A DNA stretch of 64,000 nt from Alphaproteobacteria bacterium (GTDB lineage: Bacteria > Pseudomonadota > Alphaproteobacteria > UBA8366). This document shows, piece by piece, positions 15,847-23,859 of the stretch. Location of the stretch: the NCBI GenBank assembly GCA_021774335.1, contig JAJFJD010000005.1:17632-81631 (forward strand), read 5' to 3'. Each line of letters starts with the position of its first letter. Position 1 is the first letter of the stretch. Under the pieces are notes generated by a model. That model worked only from the letters and a program-made list of their open reading frames with translations, was not told the DNA's origin and ran no database searches. Position numbers and translations under genes: made by a program.

Positions 15847-16028
15847 TTCGGATGCTCCTCTGAAAATTGCTGTCTCCGTATCGTGCCAAATTATGGCGCG
15901 GGGCACTAGCGCGCGCCGTTGGCGCGTATTTCGAAGGCATCGCTTAACGGGGCGAAGCCGCCGTACTAAACTGCCCTGGGACCAAACCAAATGCCTTCCT
16001 CGTTGAAATGACCTGGGTCGAAGAGAGA

Positions 16029-17441
16029 ATGTCCGCGCCCAAAACCATGTTCGCCAAAATTTGGGATCGCAATGTGGTGGCCGCTGTCGATGACGAGGTC
16101 CTGCTCTATATTGATCGCTGCCTGATCGAGGAAGGGTCGGTTCATGCGTTCCGGGCGTTGAAGGAAAGGGGCTTGAAGGTTTGGCGCCCGGCGCAGTTCA
16201 CGTCCTGCGCCGACCACTATGTGCCGACCGGTGACCGCACGGGGGGCGTCGCGGCAATCGAAGGCACGGAAATCCGCGCGATGGTCGAGGCGATCGAGGC
16301 CAACAGCGAAACGAACGGTATCCGTCATTTCGGCATGGATGATCCTGCGCAGGGGATCGTTCATATCGTCGGCCCGGAACAAGGAATTTCGCAGCCGGGG
16401 CTGATCATGACCGGGAACGATTCCCACGCCTCGACCCACGGTGCGCTCGGGGCGTTGTCCTTCGGGATCGGCTGGTCCGAGCTTACCCACGTGATGGCGA
16501 CGCAGACGCTGTGGCAACGCCGGCCGAAGGCTATGCGTATCGCCATCGATGGTGTCTTGCCCTTCGGCGTGACATCGAAGGACGTAATCATCGCAATTAT
16601 CGCCGAAATCGGCATCGGCGGCGCCACCGGACATGTCATCGAATACGCCGGATCGGCGGTTCGCGCGATGACGGTCGAGCAGCGGCTGACGCTGTGCAAC
16701 ATGTCGATCGAAGCCGGCGGGCGAGCGGGCATGGTGGCCCCGGACGGCACGACCTTCGACTATTTATCGGGGCGGCCTTATGCGCCCAAAGCGGCACTAT
16801 GGGACCGTGCGGTTGCGGATTGGAAGACCTTGCCGTCCGATCCGGAGGCCGCCTTCGACACGGAAATCTCGATCGACGCAGCACACATCGCGCCGATGGT
16901 GACCTGGGGCACGAATCCGGAGCAGGCAGCCCCGGTGACGGAGCGCGTGCCCGATCCGGCGGAGGCCCCCGATTTGGACAGCCGCCGCACCATCATCGAT
17001 GCGTTGGACTACATGGACCTGAAACCCGGGATGCCTTTGACCGATATCCCGATTGACCGCGTCTTCATCGGCTCTTGCACCAATGCGCGAATAGAGGATT
17101 TGCGGGCGGCCGCCGAGGTTGCGGCACAAGGCCGTGCCGTGATTCCGGTTTGGGTCGTCCCAGGGTCTCAGCTCGTGAAACGGCAGGCTGAGGCCGAAGG
17201 GCTCGACAAGATATTTCGGCTGGCCGGATTCGAATGGCGGGAGCCGGGTTGCTCGCTGTGCACCGCGATCAACGGCGATATCCTGGCACCGGGCGAGCGC
17301 TGTGCGTCGACATCCAATCGGAACTTCAAGGGTCGCCAGGGGCCGAACGGCCGCACCCATTTGATGAGCCCGGCGATGGCCGCCGCCGCGGCACTGACCG
17401 GCACCATTGCCGACGTCCGTGCATTGGCGAGAGGAAGCTGA
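16029..17441 (+). CDS. Aconitase-family dehydratase large subunit (LeuC-like)
   Basis: Aconitase/IPM-isomerase motifs: GNDSHASTHGALGALSFGIG, IGSCTNARIEDL and SNRNFKGRQG. The context is not a leu operon, so the substrate is uncertain. Confidence 0.85.
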   Translation: MSAPKTMFAKIWDRNVVAAVDDEVLLYIDRCLIEEGSVHAFRALKERGLKVWRPAQFTSCADHYVPTGDRTGGVAAIEGTEIRAMVEAIEANSETNGIRHFGMDDPAQGIVHIVGPEQGISQPGLIMTGNDSHASTHGALGALSFGIGWSELTHVMATQTLWQRRPKAMRIAIDGVLPFGVTSKDVIIAIIAEIGIGGATGHVIEYAGSAVRAMTVEQRLTLCNMSIEAGGRAGMVAPDGTTFDYLSGRPYAPKAALWDRAVADWKTLPSDPEAAFDTEISIDAAHIAPMVTWGTNPEQAAPVTERVPDPAEAPDLDSRRTIIDALDYMDLKPGMPLTDIPIDRVFIGSCTNARIEDLRAAAEVAAQGRAVIPVWVVPGSQLVKRQAEAEGLDKIFRLAGFEWREPGCSLCTAINGDILAPGERCASTSNRNFKGRQGPNGRTHLMSPAMAAAAALTGTIADVRALARGS

Positions 17442-18080
17442 ATGAAAACTCGCTTTCAATCTTTTTCCGGCATCGCCGCGCCCCTCCCGGTCGCGAATGT
17501 CGATACCAATCAACTGTGCCCGACCCGGTTCAACAAGCGGCCACACGGGCCCGAATTTGCTGAGATATTGTTTCATGATTTGCGGTTCGAACTGGACGGT
17601 ACGGAGAAAACAGACTTCGTTCTAAATCAGGATCCATACCGGAAGGCACGAATCCTCGTTGCCGGTCGAAACTTCGGATGTGGCTCGTCGCGGGAGTCAG
17701 CAGTCATCGGGCTGTCCTATTTCGGTATCCGCTGTGTGATCGCGCCGAGTTTCGGTGACATTTTCTTCAATAACTGCTTCCGCCACAGTGTGTTGCCGGT
17801 TCGCCTGCCGGCGGCTGTCGTCGATGCGATACTCCGGCAGCTCCAAACTACGGACGGCGCTCAAATCGCCGTCGATCTTGAGAAGCAAGCTGTGACGGCG
17901 CCCGACGGCGAGACCCATGCCTTTGAGATCCACCCCCTGCGCAAGCGGTTCCTGGCGGAGGGCATCGACGAGATTGATGTCACGCTCGAGTATCGGACTA
18001 GGATCGAATCCTTTGAGGCCGAGCGGCGACGCACCATGCCTTGGGTCCAGCCGCGGCGTCTAGGAGGGGAGGTCTCGTGA
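17442..18080 (+). CDS. Aconitase-family dehydratase small subunit (LeuD-like)
   Basis: Starts directly after the large-subunit stop (cTGAATG). NFGCGSSRESAV and APSFGDIFFNN are swivel-domain motifs. Confidence 0.85.
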   Translation: MKTRFQSFSGIAAPLPVANVDTNQLCPTRFNKRPHGPEFAEILFHDLRFELDGTEKTDFVLNQDPYRKARILVAGRNFGCGSSRESAVIGLSYFGIRCVIAPSFGDIFFNNCFRHSVLPVRLPAAVVDAILRQLQTTDGAQIAVDLEKQAVTAPDGETHAFEIHPLRKRFLAEGIDEIDVTLEYRTRIESFEAERRRTMPWVQPRRLGGEVS

Positions 18081-19252
18081 AGTTTGATATCGTCATCATC
18101 GGTGGAGGCATCATTGGATCCGCCGCGGCCTATTTTCTCGGAAAGGACGGACGGGCCGGCGACATTGCGGTCATTGAACCCGATCCGACCTATACGGTTG
18201 CAACGACACCCCAAGGCGCCGGCGGCGTGCGGCAGCTGTTCAGCGTGCCCGAAAATATCGCGATGTCGCAATTTAGCTTGGGATTCTATGAAAATTTCGA
18301 CGGCGAGATGACCTTTCCGGACTATCAACCCGACATCGGGTTCCGGCGACAGGGCTATCTCTTCGTCGTTGGTAAAACCGGTGCGGTAACGCTTGAGGAA
18401 AATCACAAACGCCAAACGACGATGGGCGCCCGCGCGGAACTCATGGATGTTGCCGTGCTCGGAGAAAAATTTCCGTCGCTCGGCGTCAGCGATGTGGCGC
18501 TTGGCTGTTACTCGCCCGATGACGGGTGGATCGATCCTTATTCCGCCCTGCAAGGATTCCGGCGCAACGCGGAGCACCATGGCGTCACCTATATAAAAAG
18601 CCGGGTCGCGTCATTGGGTGTGACTGGACGTGCCGTAACCACAGCCACGCTTGAAGATGGCCGAACGATAGAGGGTGCGTTTTTCCTGAACACGGCCGGA
18701 CCCTGGTGCACGGAAATCGCGGCGATGGTCGAGGCGGAGCTTCCGATCAAACCGATGTGCCGCGCTCAGCATTACTGGCTGTGCGATTCGGATGTGGAAC
18801 CGCTGCCGTTGGTGAAGGACGAAACCGGCATGTTCTTTCGGCCGGAAGGCGCGGGCTTCGCGGGCGGCTGTCCGACCTTCGACATCGAACCAGGATTCGT
18901 GCAGGACGTGGACCGGGGTTTCTTTGCGAATTATTTCGAGGAAACGGTCTGGCCGTTGATCGCGAACCGGGTGCCGAAATTCGAAAGCATCAAGCTGGAA
19001 CGCACCTGGGGCGGTCACTACGCCCAAAACATGTTCGACGGAAACATGATCATCGGGACTTTCTCGTCGCGTATCGACAACATCGTCACGGCATGCGGCT
19101 TTTCCGGCCACGGCATCATGCATGCGCCGGCGGTTGGACGCGCGTTGTGCGAACTGGTTCTCGATGGCGACTATCAGACACTCGACTTGGCCGCGCTTGG
19201 GATCGAGCGTGTTTGGCAGGACGAGCCTTACGCCGAATCCGGCATCAAATAG
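18077..19252 (+). CDS. FAD-dependent oxidoreductase (DAO family)
   Basis: GTG start overlaps the upstream stop (GTGA). AGGAGGGGA SD. Dinucleotide fold FDIVIIGGGIIGSAAAYFL. Confidence 0.85.
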   Translation: MKFDIVIIGGGIIGSAAAYFLGKDGRAGDIAVIEPDPTYTVATTPQGAGGVRQLFSVPENIAMSQFSLGFYENFDGEMTFPDYQPDIGFRRQGYLFVVGKTGAVTLEENHKRQTTMGARAELMDVAVLGEKFPSLGVSDVALGCYSPDDGWIDPYSALQGFRRNAEHHGVTYIKSRVASLGVTGRAVTTATLEDGRTIEGAFFLNTAGPWCTEIAAMVEAELPIKPMCRAQHYWLCDSDVEPLPLVKDETGMFFRPEGAGFAGGCPTFDIEPGFVQDVDRGFFANYFEETVWPLIANRVPKFESIKLERTWGGHYAQNMFDGNMIIGTFSSRIDNIVTACGFSGHGIMHAPAVGRALCELVLDGDYQTLDLAALGIERVWQDEPYAESGIK

Positions 19253-19269
19253 GCGGCGGGAAAACTCAG

Positions 19270-20637
19270 ATGGACCGTATCGACTGCAACGTCGTCGTTG
19301 TTGGGGCCGGGATCACCGGAATATCGGCCGCCTACTATTTGTGCGTGGCGCACCAGGTTCGCGACGTTGTCTTGATCGATCCGAATCCGCCGATGAGTTT
19401 CACGTCGGCTCAATCCGGGGAGAACTACCGCAACTGGTGGCCGCATCCGGTCATGACGGCATTTACTGACGACAGCATCGACCTGATGGAGCAGGTGGCG
19501 CGGGACAGCGACAACCGGCTGACCATGACCCGGCGCGGCTATGCCCTGGCGACGCGTGAAAATCCGGATGCGTTGATCGAGGAACTGCATCGCGGATATG
19601 GCGCAAATTCGGACTCCTCGATTCGGATCCACGCCGGTGACACGTCAGAATCCTATCACTTCGACCCATCGGCCGGTTGGGAGGGCTCGCCGGATGGCGT
19701 CGATGTCCTCCGCGACCAAGACCTCATCCGCCGAACTTTCCCAACCTATGCCGATGATGTTTCGACGGTGATTCACATCCGGCGAGCCGGCGACATCAGC
19801 GGGCAGCAGTTGGGGCAATACATGCTGGAACGTCTGCGCGAATCGGGCGGGCGGCTGATCACCGGCAGCGTGGCTTCGGTAGACTCTTCGGACGCCTTCC
19901 TTCTCGACGTGTCTGGGCATGATGAAATCCGTCAAATCCGGTGTGAAAAGATCGTCAACGCGGCCGGACCCTTCGCGGGCGGGGTCGCCGAGATGGTTGG
20001 CGTCACGCTTCCGGTCACGAATGTGTTCCAGCAAAAGATTGCGTTCGAGGATCGGGCCGGCGTCATTCCGCGCGCGATGCCGTTTTCCATCGATCTCGAC
20101 GCGCAGATTATCGATTGGTCGGATGAGGAAACCGGGCTGCTGCGCCAGGATCCGGAAACCGCCTGGCTTACCGAACGCATGCCCGGCGCCATCCATTGCC
20201 GCCCCGATGGCGGCGAGCACGGGCGCTGGATCAAACTGGGGTGGGCGTATGAGCAAAACCCCACCGCAGTCCAGTGGGAGCCGCAGGTCGACGATCATTT
20301 TCCGGAAATCGTTCTGCGCGGCGCATCCCGTTTGATCCCGAGGCTCAAGACCTACTACGGCGCGCTGCCCCGGCAGATGACGCATTACGGCGGCTACTAC
20401 ACGATGACGGATGAGAATTGGCCGCTGATCGGACCGATGGGCGTCGAGGGAAGCTATGTCGTCGGCGCACTGTCGGGCTTCGGGACGATGGCCGCCTGCG
20501 CGGCGGGCAGTCTGTGCGCCAAATGGGTGGTTGGCGATGACCTGCCCGACTATGCCGCCGATCTCAGTCTTGCGCGGTACGAAAATGCGCCTTTGTTGGC
20601 GGCCCTCGCCGAGATGCAAAGCAAGGGTGTCTTGTAG
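19270..20637 (+). CDS. FAD-dependent oxidoreductase (DAO family, second copy)
   Basis: MDRIDCNVVVVGAGITGISAAYYL Rossmann motif. The track ORF 18706..20637 over-extends 5' across the previous gene. Confidence 0.85.
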   Translation: MDRIDCNVVVVGAGITGISAAYYLCVAHQVRDVVLIDPNPPMSFTSAQSGENYRNWWPHPVMTAFTDDSIDLMEQVARDSDNRLTMTRRGYALATRENPDALIEELHRGYGANSDSSIRIHAGDTSESYHFDPSAGWEGSPDGVDVLRDQDLIRRTFPTYADDVSTVIHIRRAGDISGQQLGQYMLERLRESGGRLITGSVASVDSSDAFLLDVSGHDEIRQIRCEKIVNAAGPFAGGVAEMVGVTLPVTNVFQQKIAFEDRAGVIPRAMPFSIDLDAQIIDWSDEETGLLRQDPETAWLTERMPGAIHCRPDGGEHGRWIKLGWAYEQNPTAVQWEPQVDDHFPEIVLRGASRLIPRLKTYYGALPRQMTHYGGYYTMTDENWPLIGPMGVEGSYVVGALSGFGTMAACAAGSLCAKWVVGDDLPDYAADLSLARYENAPLLAALAEMQSKGVL

Positions 20638-20673
20638 AGTCCGAATATCCGCACGCTGTAACCGGTCTATCCA

Positions 20674-20712
20674 CCAGCGGGTTTGATAGGAAAATACTAT
20701 CAAAACCGCTGG
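20674..20712. promoter_or_regulatory. 39-bp near-perfect palindrome containing GATAG-N7-CTATC (OxyR/LysR-type box; could also act as a hairpin terminator)
   Basis: ccagcgggtttgatag gaaaata ctatcaaaaccgctgg has 16-nt arms with one mismatch. Core GATAG(20685)-N7-CTATC(20701). Lies between the FAD oxidoreductase stop (20637) and the usp start (20806). Confidence 0.55.
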
Positions 20713-20805
20713 TTAATTTGCTCGCAGAAATCGTCCCGCCTCACCACATACATGCAATGTCAAACCATCAGGTGGTCATGCCTCTGCCGCATGCGGGACG
20801 GATGA

Positions 20806-21759
20806 ATGCAACGCTTTAAAAATATTCTGATGCTTTACAACCAAAGCGTCGGAGACGATGCCGCCTTGGACCGGGCAACCGCCTTGGCGAAACGCAACGG
20901 CGCACGCTTGACCGTGCTCGAGGTGATCGAGCGGATGCCGAGCCTGGCGGCGGCGCCGTTTGGGTCATCGGCCTCCGAACAGCGCGATCTGCATGGCCGC
21001 TATTTCGATGAGCGGCGGGCACTGATCGAACGGTTGGTCGATCCGTTGCGGCAGGAGGGCGTCGAAGTGGATGGGGCTGTCGCCCAAGGCAAGGTCTTCC
21101 TGGCGATCGTCCGGGCCGTCCTGCGCGACGGTTTCGACCTTGTGGTCATGACGGCGGACAGCCTGCGCGGGCTACGATCGATCACGTTCGGCAGCAATTC
21201 GATGCACGTGATGCGCAAATGCCCGTGCCCGGTCTGGGTCATGAAGCCAAAGGCGGAACGACGTTTCCATCGAATCCTCGCCGCGGTTGATCCGGGCCCA
21301 TCCGACGCTCCGCTCAACCCTCTGGACGTGAAGATCCTCGAGATGGCGAGTTCGCTTGCGCGCATGGAGGATTGCCACCTCGATATCGCAAATGCATGGG
21401 ATTATATCGGCACCGATCTCGATACCAGCCGGTCCGAAATCGACGACACGATCCGCGATCGGCTGGTTACCGTAAACATGGCGGAGCGCAAGGCGGCAGT
21501 CGACCGTCTTCTGGGCGAAGTGGATTTGGGCGGACTGTCCTTCGACGTTCATTTGCCTCGCGGCAACCCCAGCCTGCTCATTCCGGAGTTGGTAGCCGAG
21601 CACGCCGTCGATCTTATCGTCATGGGAACGGCGACACGCTCCGGCATCGCCGGCTTCCTCATTGGCACCACGGCCGAAGACGTCCTTCGGCAGGTGGATT
21701 GCTCGGTGCTGACGCTAAAGCCCAATGGCTTCGTCTCGCCGGTTGCGCTGGAGGGATAA
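20806..21759 (+). CDS. Universal stress protein, tandem UspA domains
   Basis: Two Usp repeats (ILMLYN...DLVVMTA...VMRKCPCPVWV and ILAAVD...DLIVMGTATRSGIAGFLIGTTAEDVLRQVDCSVL). Confidence 0.85.
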   Translation: MQRFKNILMLYNQSVGDDAALDRATALAKRNGARLTVLEVIERMPSLAAAPFGSSASEQRDLHGRYFDERRALIERLVDPLRQEGVEVDGAVAQGKVFLAIVRAVLRDGFDLVVMTADSLRGLRSITFGSNSMHVMRKCPCPVWVMKPKAERRFHRILAAVDPGPSDAPLNPLDVKILEMASSLARMEDCHLDIANAWDYIGTDLDTSRSEIDDTIRDRLVTVNMAERKAAVDRLLGEVDLGGLSFDVHLPRGNPSLLIPELVAEHAVDLIVMGTATRSGIAGFLIGTTAEDVLRQVDCSVLTLKPNGFVSPVALEG

Positions 21760-22028
21760 GGAGGGGACTCTTCCCTATCCCTCCGCGCGGCCAGGGCGTG
21801 TCGGATCGCCCCTACGCCGCCGTCGCTTCAACCGGCAGCGCTCCGGCTCCGCGTATAGCGGCGAGGCATGCGGAGACGGACTCTGTAATGGCTTCAATAT
21901 TCCTGGATTGCGTCGCAAAGCGCGGAACCAGGATACATCCCTTCTGTCGAGAACCGTGCCAGGACGGGTGCTTTAGTCCTAGAAGTATGACGTCGAGGTG
22001 TTGATCGTTCCAATTCGAATTTGGCAAC

Positions 22029-22077
22029 GGTTTGATAGGAAAAACCAATCACAGAGCCGATAGGTCTTTTCTATCAA
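22029..22077. promoter_or_regulatory. OxyR/LysR-type box cluster: TTGATAG half-site plus perfect GATAG-N7-CTATC
   Basis: ggTTTGATAGgaaaaa at 22029-22044 and GATAGgtcttttCTATC at 22059-22075. Intergenic, about 105-150 nt upstream of the ORF at 22180. Confidence 0.45.
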
Positions 22078-22179
22078 TCCATCCCGTCCAAACGATTTGT
22101 CTGTGCCTCGTGGCGCCCCACCTGAGAAAGGGCCGGTTGGTTTTTTGCCGGTACGGCAATTAAGATTGGGGGCCAGGGA

Positions 22180-22398
22180 ATGGATGCAACAAGAACAGAG
22201 TCGGGTACGGTGGTCGGGGTTTCGCTCGCCGCCAACGGAAGCGATGATGCCGCGGCGCTGGTTCTGCCCCCGATCCGGCCGATGCATCAGGACATCGCGC
22301 CGCATGTCGAAGCCTGGGAAAATTTCGTGGCGCTCACCAAGTGGTCGACCATCGGAATCATCGTGATCTTGGGGATGCTCGCCCTGTTCCTGCTGTAA
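22180..22398 (+). CDS. aa3-type cytochrome c oxidase subunit IV-like mini-protein (start uncertain; may begin at M35, coordinate 22282)
   Basis: C-terminal HVEAWENFVALTKWSTIGIIVILGMLALFLL fits the small single-TM subunit IV family (H...F..l.KW.t......l.l.a.FL). No other cta/cox genes are nearby. Confidence 0.55.
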   Translation: MDATRTESGTVVGVSLAANGSDDAAALVLPPIRPMHQDIAPHVEAWENFVALTKWSTIGIIVILGMLALFLL

Positions 22399-22411
22399 CG
22401 TAGTTTCTCCG

Positions 22412-23332
22412 TCACCCCATCACGGTGACGCCGGTGACGCGGTCCTTGAGGATTCGCCGGATCAATGACGCCAGCGTCAGGTAGTCGGCCTGGCTCGGGC
22501 TGTTCTTGCGCCAGATCATCCCCACCATGCGGTTTGGCGGATGCGACCGCATCTGCCGCGCGACCACCTGATCGTCCTCAAGAATCTCGGCATGGACATA
22601 CAGCGACGGGAAGAAGGACAGGCCCATTCCCATGGCAACCATCTGCCGTAAGGTGTCGAGGCTCGTGCCTTCATAGTCCAATGAAAGCGTCGCGCCGTAT
22701 TGCTCGCAGAGATGGCTCACCTGATCGTGTAGGCGGTGGCCGCGTTCGAGGGACAGGACCGTTTCACCCTTGAGGTCGGAGCGGTCCGCGAAATCCTTGT
22801 CCGCCAGCCGGTGATCCGCCGGGGCCGCGATCCAAAGTGGTTCGCGGAACAATCGCGTTGTCTGCAGGTCGCCGTTCCGTACCGGCAGGGCGAACAACAG
22901 CAGGTCAAGCTGTCCTTCCTCCAAGCCGTACATTAACGCCGTCGGCATGCCCTCCCGGACATAGAGTTTGAGGTCCGGATAGTTATCGTGCAATTCCGGC
23001 AGGATATGCGGGAACAGGTAGGGGCCGAGCGTCGGCAGCACGCCGAGCCGGATCGTGCCGCCCAGCGGCTGCTGGCCATGTTTGGCGACCTCGGTAATGC
23101 GCTGGACATCGCGAAGGACCGTGCGCGCTAGCGTCGCAATCTCCTTGCCGACCGGCGTCAGCACGACACGCGCGCGGCTGCGTTCGACCAATTGCACGCC
23201 CAGCCGCGATTCCAATTCCCGCAACTGTCCGCTCAGAGTTGGTTGCGTGACATGCGTCATCTCGGCCGCGCGCCTGAAATGCAGCGTGTCGGCGATGGCG
23301 ACGAGGTAGCGCAACTGTTTGACGGTCGGCAT
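22412..23332 (-). CDS. LysR-family regulator, OxyR-like paralog lacking the Cys199 equivalent
   Basis: HTH VKQLRYLVAIADTLHFRRAAEMTHVTQPTLSGQLRELE is very similar to OxyR. The effector-domain segment ERGHRLHDQVSHLC aligns with EDGHCLRDQAMGFC, so C199 becomes R while C208 is retained. Start moved to M17. Confidence 0.85.
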   Translation of the reverse strand: MPTVKQLRYLVAIADTLHFRRAAEMTHVTQPTLSGQLRELESRLGVQLVERSRARVVLTPVGKEIATLARTVLRDVQRITEVAKHGQQPLGGTIRLGVLPTLGPYLFPHILPELHDNYPDLKLYVREGMPTALMYGLEEGQLDLLLFALPVRNGDLQTTRLFREPLWIAAPADHRLADKDFADRSDLKGETVLSLERGHRLHDQVSHLCEQYGATLSLDYEGTSLDTLRQMVAMGMGLSFFPSLYVHAEILEDDQVVARQMRSHPPNRMVGMIWRKNSPSQADYLTLASLIRRILKDRVTGVTVMG

Positions 23333-23361
23333 CTGGCGTCCTCTCGAACTCAATATTGGCT

Positions 23362-23382
23362 GGTCGGGGTTTTCTATCAAAC
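23362..23382. promoter_or_regulatory. Half-site CTATCAAAC (degenerate partner ggtcg) in the regulator's own upstream region
   Basis: ggtcggggttttCTATCAAAC lies 30-50 nt upstream of the ATG at 23332 on the opposite strand. It matches the TTGATAG motif seen at 20683, 22032 and 23711. Confidence 0.35.
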
Positions 23383-23697
23383 ATCCTATTTAAATCGATT
23401 AGGCCAATCAAAAGTCAAACCCCAAGTCTCTATTAATGAAACCACCATGACCTGGAGGAGCGAGAGATGACGACAATCGCCATAGCGCCGATCGGTTCCT
23501 CGGCCCATTGGTTGGGGCCGGCTCCATGGTATCGCCGCCGACCTAGCTCGGAGGATTCACGCCAAGCACCGCGGTCAGCGTCCGGGCGCGTTGGGCTGCG
23601 CGTTCCTATCGACACGATGCGCGGCTCCAAAGTGGACGTTCACGTGTGATCGGCGGCATGCATCGATCCGGTGTTGGGAATTGGCAGGCCGAAGATG

Positions 23698-23714
23698 GAT
23701 AGAGAAAACCTATC
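23698..23714. promoter_or_regulatory. Perfect GATAG-N7-CTATC box upstream of the IDH-like gene
   Basis: GATAGagaaaacCTATC, followed by AA to give CTATCAA. Intergenic, about 150 nt upstream of 23860. A further GATAG half-site lies at 23807-23811. Confidence 0.45.
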
Positions 23715-23859
23715 AACGACAAGGCGCGTATCGATTGGGACCATGACGGGGAAATCCTCATATCTGGCGGTAGTCGCCTGAAGAAAATTGGGAAATACGA
23801 AGACCCGATAGTAGAGAAAAAAGTTCGGTGCGAGTTCGCCGGGCAGGATGGAGCAAGTC

